A DNA stretch of 64,000 nucleotides from Flavobacteriaceae bacterium UBA6231 (GTDB lineage: Bacteria > Bacteroidota > Bacteroidia > Flavobacteriales > Flavobacteriaceae): assembly GCA_002441545.1 (NCBI GenBank), contig DJWL01000005.1, positions 7,533 to 71,532 of the forward strand, written 5' to 3'. This document shows, piece after piece, positions 28,634-38,526 of this stretch. Both the position numbers and the translations under genes were made by a program. The notes under the pieces are model-generated. The model saw only the letters and a list, made by a program, of their open reading frames with translations. It had not been told where the DNA came from and searched no databases. The stretch's first letter is position 1. Each line of letters opens with the position of its first letter.

Positions 28634-29176
28634 TTGGAAAGTAAAAAAATTGTTATAACAGGCGGACCGGGAACGGGAAAATCAACTATAATTAAAGAAC
28701 TCATTAAAAGGGGTTTTACTTGTTTTGAAGAAATTTCGCGTCAAGTAACATTAGAAGCAAAAAAAAGCGGAGTTGACCAATTGTTTTTAACCAATCCGTT
28801 ACTTTTTAGCGAATTGTTGCTTAAAGGCAGGCAAAATCAATATATAGAAGCTAGTAATCATAAATCAAATCCAGTGTTTCTAGATAGAGGAATTCCTGAT
28901 GTTTTAGCTTATATGGATTATATTAAAGATGCATATCCTGAAACATTTATTGACTGCTGTAAAGACCATATTTATGATTATGTTTTTATTTTAAAACCTT
29001 GGGAAGACATTTATATCAGTGATAATGAGCGTTATGAAAACTTTAATCAGGCTCAAGAAATTCATGAACATTTACTTCTTACTTACCAAAGCTACAATTA
29101 CAATTTACTTGATGTTCCATTTGATACTGTTGAAAACCGTACCAACCATATTTTAAAGGTTTTAAACCTGCTATAA
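28634..29176 (+). CDS. AAA_28-type P-loop ATPase/kinase
   Basis: ITGGPGTGKST, FLDRGIPD; TTG start. Confidence 0.8.
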   Translation: MESKKIVITGGPGTGKSTIIKELIKRGFTCFEEISRQVTLEAKKSGVDQLFLTNPLLFSELLLKGRQNQYIEASNHKSNPVFLDRGIPDVLAYMDYIKDAYPETFIDCCKDHIYDYVFILKPWEDIYISDNERYENFNQAQEIHEHLLLTYQSYNYNLLDVPFDTVENRTNHILKVLNLL

Positions 29177-31080
29177 TGCAACATCCAATAAACATATTAG
29201 AACGTTATTGGAACTTTACCGAGTTTAAACCTCTTCAAGAAGACATTATAAATGCCGTCATTGAAGGTGAAGATACCTTTGTATTATTACCAACTGGTGG
29301 TGGAAAATCATTATGCTTTCAAATTCCAGCATTAGCAAAAGAAGGTATTTGTATTGTTATTTCTCCATTGGTAGCACTTATAAAAGAACAAGTGCAAAAA
29401 CTACAGGACCAAGGCATTAAGGCTATGGCGCTTACTAGTGGCATTTCCTTTCAGCAGTTAGATACTATGTTAGATAATTGTATTTATGGAAATTACAAAT
29501 TTTTATATCTATCTCCAGAGCGTCTACAACAAGAATTGGTTCAAGAACGCATTAAGCAAATGAATGTCAATTTAGTTGCTGTTGATGAAGCACATTGCAT
29601 CTCGCAATGGGGAAATGATTTTAGGCCAGCTTATAAAAATATTACACTATTAAGACAATTACAACCTAGCGTTAATGTAGTTGCTCTCACAGCTTCTGCT
29701 ACACCAAAAGTGGTTGAAGATATTATAAATGAGTTAAATTTTATTAAGCCTAAAGTTTTTAAACAATCTTTTTTTAGACCCAATTTAGCGTATTTGGTAT
29801 TGCATGAAGATGACAAATATTATCGCATAGAAAGTATCTTAAAAAAATACAAATCATCTTCAATAATTTATGTTAGAAATAGAAAATTAACACTTGAAAT
29901 AAACTCTTTTTTAGAAAAGAAAGGAATTACATCAACCTATTATCATGGAGGTCTTACAAATGCTGAAAAAGACTCATACATGCAGCAATGGTTAAATAAC
30001 CAAAAACAAGTTATGGTTGCAACTAATGCTTTTGGTATGGGCATAGATAAACCTGATGTTAAAACCATCATCCATTTTAATTTACCAGAAAGCATGGAAA
30101 GTTATTTCCAAGAAGCAGGTCGTGCTGGTAGAAATGGGGAAAAAGCATTTGCAGTTATTTTAAAAAATAATAGTGATGAGCTGTTAGTTAAAAATCAGTT
30201 TTTAAATGTTTTGCCAAGTGTAGATTTTATTAAGCAAGTTTATAGAAAACTTTGCAACTATTTTCAAATCTCTTATGGCGAAGGTGAATTTACTACTCAT
30301 GATTTTGATTTTAACAGTTTTTGTAAAGCATATAATTTTAGTAGTGTTTTATGTTATAATGCTTTGCTTTTGTTAGATAGAACAAGTATAATAAGCTTAT
30401 CCAGACAATTTCATAATCAAGTTTCTGTTCAAATTATAGCTTCTAATCAAGTAGTGTTTCATTATTTAGAAACCCATAAAAATATTGAGCTTATTGTAAA
30501 ATCATTACTTCGAATGTATGGTGGTATTTTTGAACATGATACTAAAATAAATGCTCATCGAATTGCAGAAAAAGCGTCAACTACCGAACCTGTAATTATT
30601 TCAACATTAAAGCAACTTGAAAAAGACGACATCATCGCTTTGAATTTATCAAAAACAGATGCCCAAGTTACTTTTATTCAGCCTCGTGAAGACGATAAAA
30701 CCATAAACAGAATAGCTTCAGTTATTGAGCAACAAAACAATTTAAAGCAGTTTCAAGTAAATGCGGTCATTGATTATATTAAAAACGATACTGTTTGTAA
30801 AAGCGTGCAGCTTCTCTCCTATTTTGGAGAAAAAAATGTAAAACCTTGTGGTATTTGTTCTGTTTGTACTAACACAAAAAAAGACAACAACCCTCATGAT
30901 TTAAAAACTTTAAGAAATAGTGTTATTGAATTATTAGAATATGGCGACCTTTCATCAAGAAATATAATTTCAAAATTAGATTGTTCTGAAGATGATATTA
31001 AAAAAGTATTGCAGTTATTATTAGAACATCAAATTATTTCAATTACAAAAACAAACACATATAAACTTTTTCACAAATGA
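29176..31080 (+). CDS. recQ: RecQ-family DNA helicase (second, HRDC-less type)
   Basis: PTGGGKS, VDEAHC, LTASAT, ATNAFGMGID, QEAGRAGR, Zn-binding C..CGICSVC. Confidence 0.9.
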   Translation: MQHPINILERYWNFTEFKPLQEDIINAVIEGEDTFVLLPTGGGKSLCFQIPALAKEGICIVISPLVALIKEQVQKLQDQGIKAMALTSGISFQQLDTMLDNCIYGNYKFLYLSPERLQQELVQERIKQMNVNLVAVDEAHCISQWGNDFRPAYKNITLLRQLQPSVNVVALTASATPKVVEDIINELNFIKPKVFKQSFFRPNLAYLVLHEDDKYYRIESILKKYKSSSIIYVRNRKLTLEINSFLEKKGITSTYYHGGLTNAEKDSYMQQWLNNQKQVMVATNAFGMGIDKPDVKTIIHFNLPESMESYFQEAGRAGRNGEKAFAVILKNNSDELLVKNQFLNVLPSVDFIKQVYRKLCNYFQISYGEGEFTTHDFDFNSFCKAYNFSSVLCYNALLLLDRTSIISLSRQFHNQVSVQIIASNQVVFHYLETHKNIELIVKSLLRMYGGIFEHDTKINAHRIAEKASTTEPVIISTLKQLEKDDIIALNLSKTDAQVTFIQPREDDKTINRIASVIEQQNNLKQFQVNAVIDYIKNDTVCKSVQLLSYFGEKNVKPCGICSVCTNTKKDNNPHDLKTLRNSVIELLEYGDLSSRNIISKLDCSEDDIKKVLQLLLEHQIISITKTNTYKLFHK

Positions 31081-32024
31081 AAGATTTAAGAATTGTTTTC
31101 ATGGGAACACCAGATTTTGCTGTAACCATTCTAAAAGCATTAGTAGAAAATAATTACAACATTGTTGGTGTTATTACTGCACCCGACAAACCAGCAGGAC
31201 GTGGAAGAAAACTACATGAAAGTGCTGTTAAACAATATGCTACTTCCAAAAACCTAAATATACTTCAACCAACTAATTTAAAAGATGAAGGTTTTTTAAA
31301 TAACTTGAAAATGCTTAATGCCAATTTGCAAATAGTTGTAGCATTTAGAATGCTGCCAAAAGCTGTTTGGCAAATGCCAGAATTAGGAACATTTAATTTA
31401 CATGCGTCATTATTACCAAATTATCGAGGTGCAGCTCCTATAAATTGGGCTATTATCAATGGAGAAACAAAAACAGGTGTTTCAACGTTTTTTATTGATG
31501 ACAAAATAGATACTGGAGAAATGATTCTGCAAGAGCAAGTTTCAATTGATCCAGAAGAAAATGCTGGTAGCTTACATGATAAATTGATGCATCTTGGTAG
31601 TAAATTAGTGCTACAAACAGTTTCGTTAATTAGAAATGGTTCAGTAAAAACAACTCCTCAGATAGATTCAGAAAATATAAAAACAGCCTATAAGTTAAAT
31701 AAGGACAATTGTAAAATTAATTGGGAAGATTCGCTAGATACTATTTATAACAAAATACGAGGTTTAAGCCCATATCCTGCTGCATGGTGCACTTTAATTA
31801 ATAAAGATGAAGAATTATCGGTTAAAATTTTAAAAGCTGATAAAGAAGTTTTACAACATAATTTTGACTTTGGAACTATTATTTCTTCAAAACAAGAAGT
31901 AAAAGTTGCCGCAAAAAATGGTTTCATAATAATTAAAGAAATTCAGCTACCCGGAAAGCGTAATATGGATATTAAATCACTCTTAAATGGATATCATTTT
32001 GAGACTAGTTCAAAAATGCTGTAA
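31077..32024 (+). CDS. fmt: Methionyl-tRNA formyltransferase
   Basis: FMGTPDFA, NLHASLLPNYRGAAPINWA. Confidence 0.95.
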   Translation: MKDLRIVFMGTPDFAVTILKALVENNYNIVGVITAPDKPAGRGRKLHESAVKQYATSKNLNILQPTNLKDEGFLNNLKMLNANLQIVVAFRMLPKAVWQMPELGTFNLHASLLPNYRGAAPINWAIINGETKTGVSTFFIDDKIDTGEMILQEQVSIDPEENAGSLHDKLMHLGSKLVLQTVSLIRNGSVKTTPQIDSENIKTAYKLNKDNCKINWEDSLDTIYNKIRGLSPYPAAWCTLINKDEELSVKILKADKEVLQHNFDFGTIISSKQEVKVAAKNGFIIIKEIQLPGKRNMDIKSLLNGYHFETSSKML

Positions 32025-32215
32025 ACCCTTATTTTTACTGATACTTTCAAATTATCGATAAAACACATTGTCTTTATTAACAAATGTCAGAAGTTATCAA
32101 CAGAAACCTGCATTTCCCCTGCTATTACTTGCATGATTACATAATCCGTATAAATTTGTATAGGATTTAACAGAAATGTTTAACAAACAAATTATTAATA
32201 ATTAAATTTTATATT

Positions 32216-32488
32216 ATGAACAAAACAGATTTAATTGATGGAATGGCAGAAAATGCTGGAATCACTAAAGCCGCTGCAAAAAAAGCGTTGGAATCGTTAT
32301 TAATCGATATCGAAGGTGCTTTACAAAAAGGTAACAGAGTTTCTCTAGTAGGTTTTGGTTCTTGGTCAGTTTCTAAAAGAGCTGCAAGAGAAGGAAGAAA
32401 CCCTCAAACTGGAGCTACTATCAAAATTAAAGCTAAAAAAGTAGTTAAGTTTAAAGCTGGTGCAGATTTATCTAGAGCAATAAACTAA
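32216..32488 (+). CDS. hup: HU DNA-binding protein
   Basis: MNKTDLI, GFGSW, GRNPQTG, FKAG. Confidence 0.95.
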   Translation: MNKTDLIDGMAENAGITKAAAKKALESLLIDIEGALQKGNRVSLVGFGSWSVSKRAAREGRNPQTGATIKIKAKKVVKFKAGADLSRAIN

Positions 32489-32510
32489 ATTTACTTTATT
32501 TCATATTTAT

Positions 32511-32539
32511 AAAATGCCTTCCAACAAGAAGGCGTTTTT
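32511..32539 (+). terminator. Intrinsic terminator after HU
   Basis: AAAATGCCTTC-CAACAA-GAAGGCGTTTTT. Confidence 0.75.
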
Positions 32540-32611
32540 CTTTTAAAAAAGTGTGAAACTATTGTTTTTTTAATAAATATATGTTAGCTTTAAAAAACTA
32601 ATTGTTTTTAT

Positions 32612-33172
32612 ATGATTATAACAAAACCAAAAAAAGGTGATTTACTGATTGCTGAGCCTTCTATTATTGGTGATGTTTCTTTTAATCGGTCAATTGTTTT
32701 ACTAGCAGATCATAATGAAGAGGGTTCAATTGGTTTTATTCTAAACAAGCCATTAGAATATACTATTAATGATTTGGTTCCTGAGGTTGAAGCTAATTTC
32801 AAGGTTTACAATGGTGGACCTGTTGAGCAAGATAATTTATATTTCATTCATAAAATTCCAGAATTAATACCTGATAGTATTGAAATTTCCCTTGGTATTT
32901 ATTGGGGCGGAGATTTTAATAAAGTAGCAGAATTAATAGCTAATAACGAAATAAATGAACATGATATTCGTTTTTTTCTAGGGTATTCAGGTTGGAAATC
33001 AAATCAGTTAGAAACAGAACTTAAAACAAGTTCTTGGGTTGTCACCGAGAATATTTACAAGAAAAGCATTATAGAAAAAGACTATGAGACTTTTTGGAAA
33101 GAAAAAATGTTAGAGTTCGGTGGAGAGTATAGCATTTGGTCTAACGCTCCAGAAAACCCAAATTATAATTAA
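32612..33172 (+). CDS. YqgE/AlgH family protein
   Basis: LLIAEP, FNRSIVLL, GFILNKP, GGPV, FLGYSGW. Confidence 0.9.
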   Translation: MIITKPKKGDLLIAEPSIIGDVSFNRSIVLLADHNEEGSIGFILNKPLEYTINDLVPEVEANFKVYNGGPVEQDNLYFIHKIPELIPDSIEISLGIYWGGDFNKVAELIANNEINEHDIRFFLGYSGWKSNQLETELKTSSWVVTENIYKKSIIEKDYETFWKEKMLEFGGEYSIWSNAPENPNYN

Positions 33173-34011
33173 TTCAATCTCACTTTTACGTTTAACTTTT
33201 GTAATAATAATTTTGCGACCTTATTAACATAAGCTTTTTTTCTATAATTTGATATAGGTTGAATTCCAATAATCACATTTGTAACCCATAACTCATCGGC
33301 TTTTTGAAGTTCAAATGGGGAAATTGATTCTTCAATTAAATCATAATCAGGTAAATCTTTTAAAACATCTATAATTTGTTTTCGCATAACACCTTTCAAG
33401 CATCCATCTGTTAAAGGTGGTGTTTTTATAATATTACCTTTAATTAAAAATATATTTCCATTTAATGCTTCAATTACTTGTTTATCTGTATTAAGCAACA
33501 AACAATTTTGCAGGTTATTTTCTTTAGCAAAAATACTTCCAACTACATTAATGACTTTATTATTTGTTTTTAAAGTTGACAATAAACTTGGTGAAACATA
33601 AAAGTCTTTAAATAAATCAACTTCATAATGAGCAGTATTCAAAAGATAAAAATCATCTTCAACTTTAGCGGCTTTAATTAAAAAACTCACCTCGTTTACA
33701 TCTGGCAAATACAATCCGCCTTCATTTCTAAAAATCAATAATTTCACTCTAGCGGAATTGTGTTCCAACAGGTTTGCTTTAAGTGTTTTCTGTATTTGAT
33801 GTTCTAAAAACTGCATGGTAAAATTCATAGGTATTTCCATACGCAAAATACGCATTGAAGCCATGAGCCTAAAATAATGATCTTCCCAAAAAAGTAATTT
33901 TCCGTAAGATATTTTTATAGTTTCAAAAAGGGCATCACCATAGTTAAATCCTCTATTATTGATTGACAATAAGGCGTTATTGTCAGCTATATTTCCATTA
34001 AAATTAATCAT
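33169..34011 (-). CDS. Class IV aminotransferase / PabC-like lyase
   Basis: NRGFNYGDALFET, LKT, GCLKGVMR; ATG 34011 preferred. Confidence 0.85.
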   Translation of the reverse strand: MINFNGNIADNNALLSINNRGFNYGDALFETIKISYGKLLFWEDHYFRLMASMRILRMEIPMNFTMQFLEHQIQKTLKANLLEHNSARVKLLIFRNEGGLYLPDVNEVSFLIKAAKVEDDFYLLNTAHYEVDLFKDFYVSPSLLSTLKTNNKVINVVGSIFAKENNLQNCLLLNTDKQVIEALNGNIFLIKGNIIKTPPLTDGCLKGVMRKQIIDVLKDLPDYDLIEESISPFELQKADELWVTNVIIGIQPISNYRKKAYVNKVAKLLLQKLNVKVRLN

Positions 34012-34079
34012 AAAAAAAAACCTTAACCAAACCAAAGTTAGGATAAGGACAAATATAAATTAAAGTATAATTATATTAT

Positions 34080-34472
34080 CTAAGCTGAGCCTAAAACTTG
34101 CTTTAAACTAGAAATTTGATTTTCCCATAACATTTTAGCTTCATCAACCTCATCTTCGTAAGCAAAATCTACAATCATTAATGAAACGTCTTTTGTTATT
34201 TCATCTACTTGAATTCTAAGTTCAAAATAAGTAGAGAGTTCTTCTTCTTCATCAATTAACCATCTAAATTTTACTCTTTCGCCACTTTTCTTGTTTAATA
34301 ATTTAGCTTGCTCTTCACTATCATCCCATATAAAAGTAAATAATTCACCACGAGAGTTTACATTATCTGAAAACCATTCAGACAAACCCGATGGCGTTGA
34401 TATATATTGATATAATAATTGAGGTGATGAATGTATTGGAAATTCTATTTCAAATTTAATTTTTTCGTCCAT
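34080..34472 (-). CDS. START-like domain protein (Bacteroidota)
   Basis: STPSGLSEWFSDNV, FTFIW, ELRIQVDEIT. Confidence 0.82.
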   Translation of the reverse strand: MDEKIKFEIEFPIHSSPQLLYQYISTPSGLSEWFSDNVNSRGELFTFIWDDSEEQAKLLNKKSGERVKFRWLIDEEEELSTYFELRIQVDEITKDVSLMIVDFAYEDEVDEAKMLWENQISSLKQVLGSA

Positions 34473-34560
34473 GAGTAGCATTAAAATTTATATTGCTCAA
34501 TATATACATAAATTGATAAGTATAACAACAAAAATTAATAATATTTTACACAACTTTAGT

Positions 34561-34591
34561 TTTGTAGGCAATAATATTGTTTTTATATTTG
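34561..34591 (+). promoter_or_regulatory. Bacteroidota primary-sigma promoter of tRNA-Met
   Basis: TTTG (34561-34564), 19-nt spacer, TATATTTG (34584-34591). Confidence 0.75.
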
Positions 34592-34605
34592 CAGCCTTAA
34601 ATTAT

Positions 34606-34679
34606 GGCGAGGTAGCTCAGCTGGTTAGAGCGTCGGATTCATAACCCGGAGGTCGCGGGATCGTGCCCCGCTCTCGCTA
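34606..34679 (+). tRNA. tRNA-Met (CAT), probably elongator; CCA not encoded; atypical T-loop
   Basis: Cloverleaf GGCGAGG/TCTCGCT, D-stem GCTC/GAGC, anticodon CAT 34640-34642, T-stem GCGGG/CCCGC, T-loop ATCGTGC; lacks fMet hallmarks. Confidence 0.9.
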
Positions 34680-34690
34680 CTAGTAATAAC

Positions 34691-34716
34691 AAGGGTTTCA
34701 AGAGATTGAAGCCCTT
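34691..34716 (+). terminator. Hairpin after tRNA-Met
   Basis: AAGGGTTTCAA-GAGA-TTGAAGCCCTT followed by CTATTTTT. Confidence 0.6.
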
Positions 34717-35271
34717 CTATTTTTCATAAAAATAGTTAGGGTAAACATAGGTGCAAAATTTCTTTATTTTCTAGAAACTCATATTCACTACATCTATTGG
34801 CTTCAATTGAAATTAAAAAATTTTAATTGAAGATATTTCATGATAAAGATTTTAGTTTTTTAAACTCTCCAATCAGGAACTTTAAACCAAAAGATAATTT
34901 TATATAATCTGTCTTTTAAATCCTTGTTTTAATTATTGCTTACTAGGAACCGGGTCAATAAACGTGTAAAGTAATGTCAACCGCATTAAAGCTGAAACAA
35001 AAAAATTAAGCAAACATACAACTACATGTTTTTTAGACATTGACATTTTTTAAATATAAAAATAAGTTGCCATATAAATACAAAATTATATTAATTGTTC
35101 TTGTTAAGGGTTTGTGTTAAATAAATCATAGATAATATTTTAACTATTACTTGATAAATAAAAAATTTGTAAAAATGCAAAACACGATATTAAACAGTTT
35201 ATAAAAGTACACTTGATTTAGTTATTTTAGAATCAAACGATAAAACTGTTTTGAAATTTTGCAATTGTATT

Positions 35272-35301
35272 AAAAAAAAATCCCATTTTCATGGGATTTT
35301 T
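35272..35301 (-). terminator. Terminator of the nrt-porin operon
   Basis: A-run + TCCCAT-TTTC-ATGGGA + T-run. Confidence 0.7.
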
Positions 35302-35378
35302 AAAATTAAACTAAATGACTAATTTTGCATTAACAATAAAAATTAACTTTAACTGCCTAAACAATAACAGATTAAAAT

Positions 35379-36638
35379 TTAATTCAAAAATTTAGGTTTA
35401 ATAGTTAACATTGCCCAAGCCCAATTTTGACCATTGTCAGCCTCATCTTTTGTTGTTCCTTTTAACTCATACATACCATCGTTGGCAAACATTTGAGAAT
35501 ACCCTATAGCAAGACCAGCACCTTTTAGCTTAGTATTAAATACCAAATCCAGCTCTGTACCTAATGATTTTTCTCCACTTGCTAATTCTTGCTGTCCACT
35601 AAAATTCAATACTTTTAATAACAGACCAGATTTTTCAGATAATTTAAAATTTGCACTTGCATGGATATCAACTAAACCTACTGAATTAGCATGGTTTCCA
35701 ACATAGAAATAATCCATAAACCCATTGAATTTATGGTTTGTTCCGTACAATGGGAAGAAAGCCGCAGAATTATCTTTTTTACCGCTGGTGATTTCAGCAC
35801 CTAATCCCAAGCCAACTGTTCCAGATACTTTTAAACTTAAATCCAAACCAGCTAAATAAGCGCCTTTTACATCTACTTCATTTTGTCTTTCACCTGTTTG
35901 AACAAATATATTTCCATCTATACTAAAACCTTCTTTTTTATAATTCAAATGAGAACCTATTGTAAGCAAACTACTCACAGTGCCTGCAGACACACTAGCT
36001 GCCAAGTCTTGAAAAGTTGTATTTAATGCTAAGAAACTAGCAGATAAACTTTCCCATTGTTGCTTTAAATACACAAATTGCATGGCTTTGTATGAAAAGA
36101 AACCAGCAGTATTATAATCAGTCCCTACGGAAGAAAATCCTGAAAGATCTGCTTTATCTTGATTAAAAGCCAAGCCAAAATCAAGCATGAATGTCTCTTT
36201 CTTATACTTTATAAGTGCTGCATCATGATTACGAGCTTGTTGCGCCCATCCTACAGATCCAAAGATACGCTGATCATCATAATCAATAGTTTGTCTACCT
36301 ATTTTTGTAGACCATCCACTACCAAGAGCAACATCAACCCAAGCTTCAAAAACTGCAAAGGAATTATTTGAATCTGTGGCCAATAATTGCCTGTTTTCTC
36401 CCCAAGTCATAACATCTTGTAGGCTTATATAAAGTTTATATCCTTCTGTAGTGTATCCCGTATTAAGTCTTATCCTTGTTGAGGTTCCAAAGCCCGCATC
36501 GGCACCATCGGCAATAATATTACCATAACCATGGCGATATTCCGTTCTTGGACGGAATTCCCCGTCTAATGTAAATTGTGCTTGCACAAATTGCAAGCAT
36601 CCTAATAACAGTCCTAGTATTACGTATTGTTTTTTCAT
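35379..36638 (-). CDS. Alginate-export-family outer-membrane beta-barrel (putative nitrate/anion porin)
   Basis: Signal peptide; GEFRPRTEYRHG, GRQTIDYDDQRIFG, LYGTNHKFNGFMDYF. Confidence 0.8.
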   Translation of the reverse strand: MKKQYVILGLLLGCLQFVQAQFTLDGEFRPRTEYRHGYGNIIADGADAGFGTSTRIRLNTGYTTEGYKLYISLQDVMTWGENRQLLATDSNNSFAVFEAWVDVALGSGWSTKIGRQTIDYDDQRIFGSVGWAQQARNHDAALIKYKKETFMLDFGLAFNQDKADLSGFSSVGTDYNTAGFFSYKAMQFVYLKQQWESLSASFLALNTTFQDLAASVSAGTVSSLLTIGSHLNYKKEGFSIDGNIFVQTGERQNEVDVKGAYLAGLDLSLKVSGTVGLGLGAEITSGKKDNSAAFFPLYGTNHKFNGFMDYFYVGNHANSVGLVDIHASANFKLSEKSGLLLKVLNFSGQQELASGEKSLGTELDLVFNTKLKGAGLAIGYSQMFANDGMYELKGTTKDEADNGQNWAWAMLTIKPKFLN

Positions 36639-36675
36639 TTTTTTGTTTTAAGTTTTATTGATTTGTTTTAAGTAT

Positions 36676-37509
36676 TTAATGTTCTAAAAAGTCTATAAGA
36701 TGCTTTCTATATTTATAATAATCATTATGCTCTAACACCGCTTTTCGTGTTCTGGGCCGTTCAAAATCAATATTTAAAATATCACCGATTTTAGCTTTAG
36801 GCCCACTAGTCATCATCACCACACGATCTGCTAAAAAGATAGCTTCATCAACATCATGCGTGATCATAACAGCTGTAATTTTTTCTTTGTTCCAAATTTC
36901 AATTAGAATGTCTTGAAGTTCACCCCTTGTCAATGAATCCAACATCCCGAAAGGTTCATCCAACAGCAATACTTTTGGTTTTATGGCAAACGCTCTGGCT
37001 ATACCAACCCGTTGTTGCATACCTTGAGAAAGCTCGGTAGCCTTTTTATTGAAGGCATCCTCAAGACCTACTTTTTGAAGATAATACTTAGCTATGTCTG
37101 TTCGTTGCGCTTTGGTAGCATGTGGAAATACTTGATTGACTCCTAACATTACATTTTGAAGTGATGTCATCCACGGCATTAAACTGGGTGATTGAAAAAT
37201 AACACCTCTATCTGGTCCAGGTCCTTTAATATGATGTCCTAAAACTGCTATATTTCCACCAGAAATTGGATTTAATCCAGCTATCATGGACAACATGGTG
37301 GTTTTTCCACAACCAGAGTGACCAATAATAGTTACAAACTCTTCTTTCATGATTTGAAGATTTAAATCTTCTAATACAACATGATCACCTTTGGGGGTTG
37401 GGTACACTTTTTTAAGTTTAGACAAATCCAACATTACATCGGAAGAGTACACAATACCGTTTTCTATATCGAAATGCCTATATTTTTGATCTATAATTGT
37501 ACTGCTCAT
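36676..37509 (-). CDS. nrtD: Nitrate ABC transporter ATPase (NrtD-like)
   Basis: GHSGCGKTT, LSQGMQQR, DEPFGMLDSLTR. Confidence 0.85.
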   Translation of the reverse strand: MSSTIIDQKYRHFDIENGIVYSSDVMLDLSKLKKVYPTPKGDHVVLEDLNLQIMKEEFVTIIGHSGCGKTTMLSMIAGLNPISGGNIAVLGHHIKGPGPDRGVIFQSPSLMPWMTSLQNVMLGVNQVFPHATKAQRTDIAKYYLQKVGLEDAFNKKATELSQGMQQRVGIARAFAIKPKVLLLDEPFGMLDSLTRGELQDILIEIWNKEKITAVMITHDVDEAIFLADRVVMMTSGPKAKIGDILNIDFERPRTRKAVLEHNDYYKYRKHLIDFLEH

Positions 37510-37524
37510 CCTTTTGTTTTTATG

Positions 37525-38370
37525 TTAAAATTGACTTACAAAGCTTTTCGGACTTAAATCTGGCAAAACGTATTCTTCTTGTACATCAGATTTACGCTCA
37601 TTACCTATATCCATCAAATATTCAATGATGGCGTTACGTGTCTTTTTAAAGTTAGGATTATCATTTAATGCTGTTTTATCTCTTGGGCGTTCAATGTCAA
37701 TCTTGAATTCTGGTCCCAAAGTGGCTTTAGGTCCTGGACGTAACGGTATAATTCTATCAGCCATATAAATGCCCTCATCTACATCATTGGTAATCAATAA
37801 TGCGGTACGTTTATCTTTTCCCAAAATGTTTAATATTTCATCTTGTAAATTGCCTCGTGTTAAAGCATCAAGCGCCCCTAAAGGTTCATCCATAATGATC
37901 ATTTCAGGTTTCATTGCCAAGGCTCTGGCTACAGCAACACGTTGCCGCATGCCTCCAGACAATTCCTTAGGGCGTTTATTTATGGCGGGTGTTAAGTTTA
38001 CCATTTCCACATAGTCTGCAACAATGGCATGTAATTCTGATTTTATTTTCTTTGGAAATGCTTCTTTCACAGCCATATAGATGTTTTGTCCTACTGTTAA
38101 CCATGGGAGTAATGAATAATTCTGAAAAATAACCCCACGCTCATGGCTTGTCCCAACAACAGGTTCTCCTTTAAACAAGACCTCGCCTTTAGTTGGTTCC
38201 AACAATCCGTTTATAAGATTAACCAGTGTGGTTTTTCCACTTCCCGTAAATCCAACAATAGCAACAAACTCACCTTCTTTAATGGTTAGATTAATATTGG
38301 AAAGCACCTGTGCAGTTGTCTCTCCTTGTCCGTAAGTTTTGTAGATATTTTTTAATTCTAAATATGCCAT
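37525..38370 (-). CDS. nrtC: Nitrate ABC transporter ATPase (short NrtC-like)
   Basis: [29 protein letters not shown]; TNDVDE in place of the H-switch THDVDE. Confidence 0.82.
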   Translation of the reverse strand: MAYLELKNIYKTYGQGETTAQVLSNINLTIKEGEFVAIVGFTGSGKTTLVNLINGLLEPTKGEVLFKGEPVVGTSHERGVIFQNYSLLPWLTVGQNIYMAVKEAFPKKIKSELHAIVADYVEMVNLTPAINKRPKELSGGMRQRVAVARALAMKPEMIIMDEPLGALDALTRGNLQDEILNILGKDKRTALLITNDVDEGIYMADRIIPLRPGPKATLGPEFKIDIERPRDKTALNDNPNFKKTRNAIIEYLMDIGNERKSDVQEEYVLPDLSPKSFVSQF

Positions 38371-38417
38371 CTCTATATGTTGATTTGTTTATTCGTTGAT
38401 TTGTTAACTGTTTGGTT

Positions 38418-38492
38418 CGTCATTGCGAATGAAATGAAGTAATCCTTTTAATCTTATGAGATAACCACATCCCTACTCTACTCGTTATGACG
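38418..38492. repeat. Degenerate REP/MITE-like palindromic element (GTCATTGCGA...TCGCAATGAC type)
   Basis: CGTCATTGCGA (38418) and TCGTTATGACG (38482) form a 9/11 inverted repeat between nrtB and nrtC. Confidence 0.6.
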
Positions 38493-38526
38493 GTGACTCC
38501 TTAGTATTTAAACAAATCCACATATA

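Noticed and set aside
34760-34970. Possible integrase remnant after tRNA-Met (minus-strand YTFIDP…KRQ)
   Set aside because: Multiple stops, no catalytic motif; similarity too weak to support.
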